From NCBI GenBank assembly GCA_015680685.1, contig MNCI01001727.1, positions 393,617-457,616 on the forward strand: a stretch of DNA of 64,000 nucleotides, written 5' to 3'. A program made the position numbers and the translations under genes. Source of the DNA: Gnetum montanum (lineage: Eukaryota > Plantae > Gnetophyta). Positions within the stretch are counted from its first letter, which is position 1. Each line of letters begins with the position of its first letter. Under the pieces are notes generated by a model, which was given only the letters and a program-made list of their open reading frames with translations, was not told where the DNA came from and ran no database searches. Below are positions 48,670-61,629 of the stretch, piece by piece.

Positions 48670-49453
48670 TGATGGGACATGATATCGCATGGGCTGCGAT
48701 ATCGCGTACGTGATATCGTAGCTCATTGCCTTGTCTATAAATAAGAGGCGGCTTTCCCTTGTAAGATCATCTAGATCTAGACCCTTAGCTAAACTCTGGC
48801 AGTTTTACCATTCCAAAGATAGAATAATTTCCATGTGCCCGTAGTAGAAGTCTCAAAGTGAACGGATCTTTATTTGAGCAAATTGTACCTAAGCACACAT
48901 TTATGTACGGCAATGAAGACGAACTTTTTGATAAACCTTGTAGTACATGGACTAAGCTAAATAGGACTTTAATTATTGTTAAATGTTTAAATGCTTTCTT
49001 AGACAATTAATCACTCTCAACCCTCAACTCTCCTAGTTAAGTGCATTCAGTATGACCACTTCGAGCATGTGTGCTACGCTTGGTAACCAAGTAACGAATA
49101 GCGTTTGGTAATCCCAATAGCGTTGCACTGGTTCAGGGTGTGTAGGGAAAGTGGGAATGGATATTGATGCTAGGAAAATTAAAGCTTAGTTAATGAAAGT
49201 TAGTTACTTAGTCTCTTCACCCTTTTCTCTCTTAGCATAGGCGATAAAAAGATAAAAGACATAAAAATCATATACCTTAGACTTACTTAACCTTACAACC
49301 GTGACAATACAAGTAAGTCTAGGAAGACAACGATTGATTAACCTTAAGTGTTCCATAAGGCACGTAAGCACTTAGTCCTTGGAGTTTGACCGGATCACGC
49401 TTGAGACGCTTGTATTCGTATGGTTGAGTGTAGGGGTACCTCGCCACTTATCA
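48670..49453 (+). repeat. Athila B 5' LTR
   Basis: TGATGGG...CTTATCA. Confidence 0.9.
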
Positions 49454-49454
49454 T

Positions 49455-49472
49455 TGGCGCCGTTGTTGGGGA
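49455..49472 (+). other. PBS complementary to the tRNA-Asp 3' end
   Basis: TGGCGCCGTTGTTGGGGA, compared with the Athila consensus TGGCGCCGTTGCCGGGGA. Confidence 0.85.
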
Positions 49473-49599
49473 CTTAGTTGTTTGTGTGCTACGTAGAACA
49501 TAGGAAATCATCCACATCGTTGGAAAGCTTAAATGAACCCTTAGGGTTAATCAAGAGAAAAATAACATAACAGTAAATAGCACACCAAATAAGACTGAA

Positions 49600-51670
49600 A
49601 TGTCTTCTTCTCCACATAAAAGCACTTCACTGCCTAGGACCAACACTAGAGACAGTCGGCGGCACAACACACATAACCAAAATTCACCAGTTCCTCAACA
49701 ATTCAGTGTGGTATATATTCATCACAATGAATATATACCTGACTTTACCTTTGTCTTCCATTAAGACAAATAACTGCGTTGGAGAGACTTGGAGGGTACC
49801 ATAGTATTACCCCCAGACAGAGCAGCCCCCAACATGCTCCTTCATGCCCTTGCACGAATATGCATATCACACTTATACGCTGAGTACGTTGCATGCGATT
49901 ACAACGCAAGGGACTACCATCCCATAGAAGTGCAATGTCAACGGGACTCACGGCAGGAGAGTTACCACACATTGTTGAAGGGCAAAGGCCCCCATAATGC
50001 TTCACCCGTCTTAAACGAAATTGAGGGTGGTGAACCTGTTTTCGTAGGTTCTCCACAAAACGATGTTTCCCCTCCTAATGATGGTCAGGAGGTGGTGTAT
50101 TAGAACCTACGCTCCACGATTGGCAACCTTGGTTCTGATCCCCATGAACACCAAGTGTTCAATGAGGGAACACAAACACATGACAAGGGTGAGCATTCTG
50201 ATTGTCATCACGATCAGGGTTGGGACCACCGAAGAGAAGGTAGGAAACATCGTCATGGCGATGGTTCTCCTTCTTCTTCCCCTTCATCATCACATTCACC
50301 CTCTCCTTCAACATCAGGATGCAATCATAAGGAACCTAACCATGAGGATAAGGGTAAACAAAATGAGAGACCTCAACGAGAGAGTCGAGAGCAAGGATGA
50401 GGGCACTCTAGAGAATCAAGGCATGAAAAGAAGAGAAAGTAGGGAATTGCATAGACATCATAGACGCTATGAGAGAAATGACAATGAAGAACCCCTACTT
50501 GCAACCCAAAGCATGTTAGACATAATGGAGTAAGAATACCTACAAGGCACCAAAAAGATAGTAAGATCAAGAGGTTGGATATGAATAACATTCCATGATT
50601 TGAGGGGGGATACAATGCTGATCCTCAGAACCACTTACAAGCATTTCACGATGCATGTGCCTTGTAGAATATAGAAAACGAGTGGCAAAAACTAAAGTTG
50701 TTTCCAAGGACACTCGTAAAAGAAGCGGAAAGCTGGTACTGGTCCTTAGAACTGGAAACCATTAGGAGGTGGAGTACAATGCTAGAACTATTTAATGATA
50801 AATATCAAATGTACTCCCGAGTGTCCAACCTATAAAAACAAATCCAAGGATGGAAGTAGGGAACTCATGAATCCTTGGATGCTTCCATGGGCCATTATTA
50901 TACATTGTTACATTGCTGCCCAAGCCATGATTACTCGCAGCAGGATCAACTATGCCATCTTGTAGATGGACTTAGGCATGAAACTAGGAGAATCCTTGGA
51001 ACATATGCCCAAGGGAGATTATCTGAGCTTAGGTCTCATCGGATCCATAGATTGCTGGAGCAAGTAGCTAAGGAAGAAGGAGAGCTACATAATAGAGAAA
51101 GCGTGGAAGAGTATAACGACAATCCTTCCCTCCGAAAAGGGGAGTAAGATTCTGTGAGGAGGAGGATGAGTCACCACTCAAAGAGTTGGTGAGTAGGAAA
51201 ACCTTGCCANCCAAGTAAAAAATGATAAAGGGGACTTCCCAATAATAATGGGGAGGGCATGGCTAAGTACCATAAATGCATGCCTAGGAATCCGTGATCT
51301 TTCCTTGGAAATATCTAAGGAAAACACTTATGGAAAGATCGAGAAGAAGAAGGTTCCATGCATCACATACAGTGATACTGAGGGTGATGGCGTATAGGAG
51401 CGTTCAACATCTCCTGCATGCAACCGGTGTACCTAGGAAGTTAACATACAAAGGTGCCTGTATGTAGCAACCACACAACAAGAGAACACCCAGTGGTTGA
51501 CAGCTAATCAAGAGAGCAACCCACCAATATGCATGGAACTAACTGGCGGACCAACTTGCGCCCACGTAGAAAGCATAGATGCACTAGAGCAAGAGTGTCA
51601 CCAACTTCCAGCCCTTAATCTGAAACCACCAATCGAGGGAAGTTGGAAACTCTTAGAAAATTTAAATGAG
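49600..51670 (+). pseudogene. Athila gag and protease-tail remnant
   Basis: DASMGHYYTLLHCCPSHDYSQQDQLCHLVDGL, compared with DATMGQYYALLHRCPSHGYLQRDQLRHLVDGL in element A; sequence missing at the n join 51210. Confidence 0.8.
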
Positions 51671-53690
51671 TACTCCGATAGGAGAATAATAGTCTGTGTG
51701 CAACCGACCAACCCTTATCATGAACCTAGAATAGTCTATGCACATAGCACATCTGAGAGAGGACGACCTCACTCATTATTTCGGATCTCTCCCTTCCAAC
51801 TCAGTCATGGGGGAGATGGCCACCTATGCTAATCATTTGGGGCCCTTAGTTTCTTTTTAAGTTTTTGTTTTACAAATTTCTTTAACTTTTCTTGTTTTTT
51901 TACAACATAGTTCATACTCCTTCATTTCTTTATGTGTTTGTTTATTTTGTTTGATTCATCACCTAATAAGTGCTCCTAATGGTGGTATGAACTGTATTCC
52001 ATTGATTGCTAATGTTTGGTTTTTACCTTAAAGTTATGATATTGATACTAAGGTATAGTTCTTTTGATATAACAGGCAATGAGTCCACTTCATCCATACA
52101 TCCATAAATTTCTATGGTCTCTCTTGGCATGGAACTATACAGTCCTTTTCTTAATAATAAGAACTATCAATGAATTGGTAACTGAGTATTTCTCAAACTA
52201 AGGAAGGACTCAAGGACTGAAAGGGTGTGACTTCAAAGGAACTTGATGCATTTGTGTTGGCCATTCTCTTGGATGCTTAGATGTTTTCTTCTTGAGTCTC
52301 CCATACCATTCTAACGTTACTCCATTATCGGGAAGCTGAGCTAATAAAAATAATAAGTCTTTGTATGGTGTGGTTCTCACGCAAAACACAAAAAAAGAAA
52401 TAGTGAGAATTCAAAGCACACCCCTTAGATGAAATAATCATTTGGGCTACAAACACTGGTTATGAAACTAAATAAAAATGTTCCCTCTAACTAAGGCCCT
52501 ACCTTGCTTCCTATCTCCTTTCTCGTTTCGTCGAAATGGTGGTGACTCTTTGGTGGATACATTCTTGTTACTTCAAGTGGATGGATTGGATGAATGTATT
52601 AATGTGAAGTCACTGGATGTGGTTTGTTTGAGGCCGGATTTGGAATGGGATCTACTAAGTCACATTAACCATTAACACACAAGGGGCTGTACACCACTTT
52701 GTTCTTGAGATTCCATTCCATTCTCTTCTTTCCATCATTCTTTCTCCATTTTCACCTCATTGTCGGTTGTATCAGTAGTCCATATTTTGGTTGATACATT
52801 ATTTTCTTTTTGGTAAACTCTTGTGGTTAAGAATTTAACTCTTGCTTCCAAATGACATTTCCAAAGCCTATGGACTTTGAATGTGGGATTGTTAGGGCAT
52901 TAAGGGCATGAGCTTGCTTTGGGGAGGACCCACTGACATTACTATTTGGTGCATCCGTTAATTTCTTTCCCTTAAAAATTTATGTAATCACTAATTATTT
53001 TGTTCATTTCCATCTTTGACATCCATTTTATTGGCGTTGCTGTTGTTTCTTTTTCTTCATCTTTCTTATTCCTTATCTTTTTCCATTCTCTCACTACCAG
53101 AGGTTCACTCTCAATCATGGGGGTCTTGGTCCAATTTTTTCGATTTTCTCCTAACCCCTACATCTTAGGTATCCACCAGTATTATATCTCTAGATCCTCA
53201 TTAGCCATATCACAACTCAGCCAATGGACCTTACACTAAGGCAAGGTATTAACTACATTGTGATTCATTTACCCTTGCTAATATCAAACTGTGTTGTGTG
53301 TGCAGATGGCAATCATACAACAATGGATTGGACCTAGAGGAAACACTTGGAATGGACTGGTGCTGAAGCAATTAGGCAAGGAACAAGATTGATGGTGCAC
53401 TTATGGATGAAAAACGAAAAGCGCAATTGTAGCGTCAATAGCAACAGACTTCTTCTTTCTTCTTTTCTCTCTCTTTTCTCTTTTCTCTCTCAGCTGCCAA
53501 ATAAGGCTAGATTTCAAATGTGTATAGTGTTCACTCTTGTTGTCATGAACACTATGTTTGCCATGTTTTGTAATGATGATCCATTCACGTCACCCCATTC
53601 ACCATTAGTATCATTCAAGTCAATAATCCCATACCTTCCCAATATTTTGTAAGGAACTCGAGGACAAGTTTTCATTCAGTCATGGGGGTA

Positions 53691-54494
53691 TGATGGGACA
53701 CGATATTTCATGGGCTGCAATATCGCGTTGGCCCCTGCGATATCGCATACACGATATCGTAGCCCGTCGCCTTGTCTATAAATAAGAGGCGGCTTTTCCT
53801 TGTAAGATCATCTAGATCTAGACCCTTAGCTAAGCTTTGGCAGTTTTACCATTCCAGAGATGGAATAATTTCCATGTGCCTGCAGTAGGAGTCTCAAAGT
53901 GAACAGATCTTTATTCGAGCAAATTGTACCTGAGCACACATTTGTGTACAGTAATAAAGATGAACTTTCTGATAAACCTTGCAGTACATGGACTAAGCTA
54001 AATAGGACTTTAATTATTGTTAAATGTTTAAATGCTTTCTTAGACAGTTAATCACTCTCAACCCTCAACTCTCCTAGTTAAGTGCATTCAGTACGACCAC
54101 TTCGAGCACGTGTGCTACGCTTGGTAACCCAGTAATGAATAGCGTTTGGTAATCCCAGTAGCATTGCACTAGTTCAGGGTGTGCAGGGCAAGTGGGAATG
54201 GATACTGATGCTAGGACAATTAAAGCTTAGTTAATGAAAGTTAGTTACTTAGTCTCTTCACCCTTTTCTCTCTTAGCCTAGGCGATAAAAAGATAAAAGA
54301 CATAAAAATCATATACCTTAGACTTACTTAACCATACAATCATGACAATACAAGTAAGTCTGGGAAGACAACCATTGATTAACCTTAAGTGTTCCATAAG
54401 GCACGTAAGCACTTAGTCCTTGGAGTTCGACCGGATCATGCGTGAGATGCTCGTATTCGTATGGTTGAGTGTAGGGGTACCTCGCCACTCATCA
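53691..54494 (+). repeat. Athila B 3' LTR
   Basis: Direct repeat of 48670-49453 with ~20 extra bp near its start. Confidence 0.9.
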
Positions 54495-55680
54495 GGAGCA
54501 ATTACTTAGACTTTTTAACTTATGGAAGGCATAAGATCATCCGATAGCAAGGTATTCACACATTGCGAGAGGGTGCAACTAGCACCTTCCCGTAGTCCAT
54601 GCTAGAAGGCACCAAGACCTTCTGATAGTTAATGATTACTTAAAGTTCAAGGCTACCACAAGACAAACGAACAACCAGAAGAAAGGTTTACGAAAACTAC
54701 AATTTCTTACACCTAGCAGCCTCATGCAGTCCCAACCAGAAGGCATTAGAACCTATCTGAAAGGAAGTAATTGGTTACATTTTGGGGCTTGAAGAAGGCT
54801 AATGACCATTCGAAAGGCATTTAGACCTTCCAAAATGGAGCAATTGCTTAGAGTTTCTAATTTCTAGAAGGTAGAGGATCATTCAGNCAAAAACTCCAAG
54901 AAATTGCTCCCTTTTTGTAGGTTTGAATGCCTTTTGAATGGTCTTTAGCCTTCTGAATGACCCTCAACCTTTTGGCAACCTCAAAATGCAAGAAATTCCT
55001 CCCTTTCGAAAGGTTCTGATGCCTTCTAATTGAGACTACATGAGGCTACTAGGGGCAAGGAATCGCAGTTTTCGTAGACCTTACTTTTGGTTGGCCATGT
55101 ACCTTCCAATAGCCCCAAACTTTAAGCAATTATTAACTACTAGAAGGTCTTGCTGTCTTCTAGCATGGACTGCAGGAAGGTGCTAGTTGCATCCTCTCAC
55201 AATTTACTAANGCTTAAAGTTTAGGGCTATTGGAAGGAAGATGGCCAACCAGAAGCAAGGTCTATGAAACTATGATTCTTTGCACCTAGCAACCTTGTGT
55301 AGTCCCAATCAAAGGCATCGAAACATTTTGAAAGGGAGCAATTGGTTGCATTTTGAGGCTCTTAGAAGGCAAAGGGTCAATTGAAAGGCATTCAGACCTT
55401 TTGAAAGAAAGCAATTGCTTGGAGTTTCTAGCTTTTGGAAGGCAAAGGGTCATCCAGTAGCAAGGTATTAGTAAATTGTGAGAGGATGCAACTAGCACCT
55501 TCCTGCAGTCCATGCTAGAAGACAGCAAGACCTTCTAGTAGTTAATAATTGCTTAAAGTTTGGGGCTATTGGAAGGCATATGGCCAACTGAAAGTAAGGT
55601 ATATGAAAACTATGATTCCTTGGACCTAGCAGCCTCACATAGTTCATATACAAAAGTCTTCTAGAAGGTATCATGCCTTC
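54495..55680 (+). repeat. Same satellite (right part); 54888-55210 inverted between single-n joins
   Basis: Continues in register with the monomer interrupted at 48669. Confidence 0.85.
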
Positions 55681-57399
55681 TAGCCGACTTAAATTTTAAA
55701 TATTTTTGGCCTTTCATGTGGTTAGACTACCTTCTAGTTAGAATTGTGTTTAACTACTATTCACAGTCCCTTGCAAAATTTTACATACATTGTGAATCAT
55801 ATTGTTTATTATGGATCGCAATGTATGTGAGACATGCATAAGGTCGCACCACACAGAATGAGGTTAAAATTAAAAATGACTGCTTTACCCCTTCATTCTT
55901 GTGGTGTTTTAGCTACAATAACAACAATAGTAACAATAACATGCAAATGTTTGTGGTGTTTTAGCTACAATAGTAACAATGCTAGGACTCAAATGCATGG
56001 GCTTCTTGATCATCAATCATATGATGGTTGAATGAGGATCATTTGACATGTCCTAGTTCTAGGCAGGCTCTAGTCCACATAGGGTTGATGATAAATGTAA
56101 CTCTATATCCTTATTTAACCATGGTGTGCCACTTGAGTAGTTTGAGTAGTGTCTCCTACCTACTTCACTTGAGCACATTGGCAAGCTTTAGCCATCCTTA
56201 GGGAAATGTGGCTTACAACTATGTTTTTGGTGAATGAGCTATGCAAAGATGATAACGCACCAAATTTACAAAAACAAATCCCTACACTAGCACATGCTTT
56301 GGTACCTCAAGCAAAGAAGTCTCAAATCAATTATTCTTAATGAAACCCTATTCTACTTTCTCATTATTGAATTCGATCATATGGGATCAATGCATATGCT
56401 TTAAATTAACATCTGTAGAAATCTAAACTTGTTTCTAAGTAGACTATAATCATAGTTTTGCATAATGAATTATGAGTGTAAGAATAACTTTATCACCACC
56501 ATAATTAGTACATGTAGGGAGGATGACATGAGGATAAAAAATGCAATGGCAGTTGTTGTGATGGGTTTCTTTGCATAGCCAGATGAGCTAGGCCGCATGC
56601 CACTACGTGTGCTTTATAACTAGCAGAAATAAGAGAAGAGGCTAATCTAGTATATGGTGTAGTTTGTAGATGGGCAGTGAGTTCAACCACATGGTGCTTC
56701 TTAGTTCATTGGTTACTAAACAATGGTGCTTAATGAATAGGCTGATCTAGTGAATTCGATTTGCTTTTGCAGGAGTGCAATTAGCTCTATGGTTCATGTG
56801 GTCCTATTTTTCTAAATAATAATTATTTATATATTAATGTAATACACACACACACAATTTTTTAATTTTATATTTTATTTAATTACAAAGAATAGAAAAA
56901 AGAGGAGATTATTTTCCTAGCTTGGTCAACACAGCCCTGCCAAGGCCCATAACCTAAGTTGGGCTTGCATAGTATGTTATCATATTTTAAAATAATAATA
57001 ATCATTATTATTACTATTATTTCATTATTAAAGTAGGGGAGGTGCATTTCTATTACTTGGATGCTTCAACTGTCTTATCATCAGTTATGCGCTCATGTTA
57101 ACAAAGCATTTAGGTGTTTCTTTTTATTATTTTATGAATGGTGATGCTATTTGTTACAATTTATACATCTAAGTATGAGGCATAAGATGAAGGAAGCTAA
57201 AAGATCTTTGAACCCAAACAAGTTAGAGGAAGGAAGCTCCAAAAGAAAAAAATTGACAGTGGATGAAAAATAGGGATGAGAGGAAAAAAAGGAATTAGAT
57301 GTGAGGTTCTATAAAGACTACAAACTTCTAGAGCTAGCTGAATAAAAATTTTCTATGTACAAGTCCTAATCATTTTAGGACTTTTGTTTTGAAAATATT

Positions 57400-59900
57400 G
57401 ATGTAAGTAGTTGGGAATCATAGGTCCCTCTTCCGAAAACTCAAGTTTGTACTCCTTTTCATCTCAATGATGTAGGGACACCTCTTCTGATTCCCATTAT
57501 TCTTCCATACATGTGTGTTCTGTAGGTCTGAGGCTTTTGGAAGACGTCTTGAAAGGCACAAAGATATATTAGTTGAGATTTGGGATTGATAGAAGATGTC
57601 TTGAATGTAGAGAAGACATCAAGCTCATTTTGTTGGTGTCTCAAGAAAGACATCTCATTCTCAGAGAAGACATCTTAAGAAAGATGTCTCCTTAAACTAG
57701 AAGATGTCTTGAGCAAGTATCTTGTTACTGAGAAGATGTCTTAGTTTGGGAGGAGATCTCTCCCAAAAATAGTAGATATCTTTGGAAAAAGTTGTATTTT
57801 GGCAGGAGACAACCTGACAAGGCTAGAGACAACTAATATGGCAAGGGAAACTTCTAAAATCATCCATCCTAATTTGAGAAACAATAAAGGTAAGGAGGAA
57901 AAGGATGGAAATAATTGAAGAGAAGGTGAGAAGGCCATGAAAACATCTAAAGAATCTCAAGATGAGTTGAGGGAAGGTTTCTAGGTTTCTTGTCTTTTAT
58001 TATTCATAAATATTGATTAATTCATAATTAGTAGAGTGAACTTGCTCTAGCATTATTAGTATTGGAGCTCTTGTATTGAGTTTTGTGTTGATTGTTTCTT
58101 GAAAATTGGTTGAGGATTTTGTTAATTTTAGATGGCATCTAAGAAGAAATAGGTGCAAGCTTTGAATTAGGACATGAGAAGCATGAATTTTTCCTTTAAG
58201 ATGATGGTTTCTTTGTTAGATGAAATACACACATATGTATATAAGAATGTGAGTCTTAGGCATATTTAAACATATAAAGGTGAAAAGCATGCATGTCTAG
58301 ATGAAAATGTTTCACAACTAGCTAGAGACAGACTAAATGATGAGGAAGGAAAATCTAGTTATAGGAGTATAGGAACTCATTAGCCAAGGATTTGAATGGG
58401 AGGGAATCCTATTTCTCAAATGAAAATTCTAAGGACTCCAACATTGATCAATACTCCTTATTTAGGTAAGCTTGACAAGGACGATGAGGCAAGGCTTACT
58501 AGAGCATTTAGAAATGTTGCATGAATTTCCTATGTGAAGTTGAAGACTTTCAATGGTTTAGATGGTAGCAATGCTTTTGTGAGTTGGCTAACGACACTTA
58601 AGAAGCATTTTTAGTTGGAAGACATACCAAATAATATGAGGGTACCTATTATTGAATCTAGATTAGAAGGTATGGCTTTTACTTAATGGAAAAAGAAGTC
58701 CTGTGGTTATTAAAGATGAAATGTTCAAGCCATCAAAGGTTGGGATTAATAAAATATAGTTTGAAAATAAAATTTGAACAATCTTGTGAGAGACAAGAGA
58801 CCATTATGAAGTTAAAATTCCTAAGGTAAGGTGACAGGGATGTCAAAGAATTCTACATCTAATTTTGTGATCTATTCCATTGAGCTAAGGTAAATTGGAA
58901 GGAGTATGAACATGCTTCAATCTTTTTAGAAGGTCTCAAAACAACATACTAGTAGGAGTTTTCTTTTTATGAGCCAAAAACTCTTAATGAGGATTATGAT
59001 TTGGCACTCAAGGCTGAGAAGAAATTAAGTGAATTTAGAAACAGGAGTAAAACAACTTCCAAGGAAAAGTAGAAGGGATCCAAAGCTGAATAAGGATCCA
59101 AGTACAAATCCAAAGACAAGGATGATAGCCATGAAAAGAAGACTAAAAGAGGTGATGAGAAGGAAAAAGCCAAGAAGGACCAAGGTAAGGGTCAAGGTAG
59201 CATCTCATTAGAAATCCAATGCTTCAAGTGTGAAGAATGGGGACATAAGCAATGGGAATGCTCATTTTACAAGGTAGCTAAGAACAAGGATGTGCAAACC
59301 ATTTAGGTAAAAGAAATGTCAAGCCAAGATCTTTAGAAAGATAATCCTAATGCTCCAAAAATTATGGATGTTTCTGAATTAAATTCTTATGCATTCATGG
59401 GGAATGTGAATAGAGGAGATCAACCTAATAGAAAATTTTTGTTTCAAATTGGGGCTAGATGCTTGCTTAGTGAGGAATGGATTCATGTCTTAATTGATGG
59501 GCAAGCCCAAAAAAATCTTGTTTATTCTAGAGCAGTTGCTAGATTGGGATTGGTAGTTAATCGTCATCCTAAACCTTATAAATGCATTAGTTTTATAAAG
59601 ATTTTTCCCAAGAGGTAATGTAATTCCAATTGATTGTGCTAATGTAATTTTTCGTATACCTTGGAATTTTAATAATGGTGCTCAATTTGATGAAGTAAGA
59701 AATGTGTAAAGTGTAGCTAGATTTGATGGAATCCATGAGTTGATTCTTGTGATAGTTGAATAAGTGAGACAACAAAGCTCACTTAATGCTTTCTTAATCC
59801 TTCTAGAAGAGAGAAAAATATATTAAGAAACTATTGTCACATTTAGGCCATTGAATGGAATAGGCTTGCATGATAAAATTGGTTAAGAGTTTTTTTTAGT
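57400..59900 (+). mobile_element. Decayed Ty3/Gypsy chromovirus (CRM-like) remnant: LTR-like region, gag, zinc knuckle, protease
   Basis: VKLKTFNG...AFVSWL; IQCFKCEEWGHKQWEC (~59214); VLIDGQAQKNLV...LGLVVNRHPKPY; GAAGATGTCTT motif cluster at 57540-57790; ends approximate. Confidence 0.6.
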
Positions 59901-61629
59901 GCTCTATTAGTATTCATAGTTATGTATGAATAATTTTGAGAAGTGGTTGTGAGCATAAGGATGAGGTTATGAAAGAAGGAAAAGCATTGTACTCTTACCA
60001 AAGATTACAAGCAAGACTTGAGAAAATCAATCACAAAAGCAATTTTAAATGTTACAATATTAAAGAGAAGGCCACAAAAATATCAAATAATTTTATATGG
60101 AACACCTTACAACAAGCTTAAGTTCATTAGAGTAAACTGAAGTAAGTATCTAGTTTTCATATTTTAATCCATGAATGGAAGAAAGCCATATTTAAAAAAC
60201 AAATCAAATATAACAGCTAGTGTAATAGTAGAATAGCTGAATTTGTGAGAATTGGCCACTCAAAGCTGAATGTTCAAACAACTTTTATCAGTTTCCTACA
60301 ACTACAAAATAAGGGTACTAGTAAGGGCAATTTGTCAAACACTTATCATGCGTTCTGCATTTGAAATATATCAATTAGCATGCCCATATTCAAAATAAAA
60401 AGAAATCAAAAAATCAAGAATAGGCATTGAATTCATAGCAATGGATAAAAGAAAAAAAACACAAACCAAGTATCAAGAATATGTCAAGATTTTGCTACTA
60501 GCTGCGCTTGGATTGTTACTAACATAGTAATTGTAATAGATGGCACTGAACACATAAGGTCAAAGGGTTTAAGAGCTAATATTGGCACTTGCATACAAAT
60601 TAAGAAGAAGAAAGGTAGGAAGCCTTGAGAGTATTGTTTAAAAATTTTAGGGACCAAAATTCGGGTTATCATAATCTTAAATTGTGTTTGCATTACATTG
60701 TTGCATCAGAAAAAAATCTTTCCTTGTATAAAATTTGTGGCACCCAGTGAATAAAAAGATTCAAGCCTAGGCATAGATGCAGGGTACCGAAAGAACCATG
60801 AATTTCTACAAAAGAAAATGCAGGAATTAGGTGACAAAATGGAGCGCACAGCATGCCAGGAAACAAGCCCTAAAGTAACAAAGACAAACAAACGACGTAG
60901 TGTGGAAAGGCCATTAAAAAAAATTAGGTACACCGCAACTGCAGCTGGTGGAGACCATAACAAAAAACTAATCATGGCAAACAGGGGCATCATTATAAAA
61001 ATTCGATGGTAGTGACTTAGGATTGTAGCAATTGCACATTTTTTTTGGAGTGTGGCACATGGAAGTATCATCAGCTGTGGCGGTAGGGTGTTGCTCTGCA
61101 GAGATCTATGGTTATAGGGGATGTGCTAGGCATTGATAGTAGCAGCAGTTCTAAACGAGGGTTTCTTGTGGCCTAGTGAAAACACGCAGAGGGCTCGGTC
61201 TGTTCACAATGACAGAGATTTTGGATGCAAAGGTTTAGGCAAAATATTTCTTTTGCGAATATGACACACTGCTTTGATGTGGTTAAAACCATATAATATT
61301 TTACCTTGCTCACATGGTTAACCCGTTGGTCATGTATTGATTAAATATTTATATACCATTTGAAAAATTTGTGTGAGGGGTTATTGACGGATGGGACACT
61401 TGTCAATTATGATAAATATTTCCTAAAATTTATGATGATCTTCATGATATGGCTCCAAAGGACACATTTTGCCACCATACCTAATTTTTCTATGGTAGTC
61501 ATGATTAAGCTACCTTGAAGATTATAATCACTAGATACTTTGCTTTATTTTATATAAGGGTTTAGACTTCTTGTGGAAGTTGCAACTACTTATAAAAATA
61601 TATATGTAATTTGAGAAAATACATGCCAA

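Larger units (their letters stand above)
48670..54494 (+). mobile_element. Athila-clade element B with two LTRs, lacking RT/RH/INT (non-autonomous)
   Basis: LTRs 48670-49453 and 53691-54494; PBS TGGCGCCGTTGTTGGGGA (tRNA-Asp) at 49455; PPT-like CATGGGGGTA; TSD GAAGC/GGAGC; gag and protease remnants colinear with element A. Confidence 0.9.

Noticed and set aside
51205-51215. Deletion of the gag C-terminus/protease N-terminus in Athila B
   Set aside because: The breakpoint coincides with the n at 51210, so it may be an assembly omission rather than biology.
54888-55210. Inverted satellite segment or large hairpin
   Set aside because: Bounded exactly by single-n joins (54887, 55211); likely a mis-oriented contig.
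60310-61415. Possible minus-strand non-autonomous Helitron or gene fragment (CTAGT end at ~60316; ORF 60706-61071)
   Set aside because: No convincing subterminal hairpin and no recognisable protein motif.
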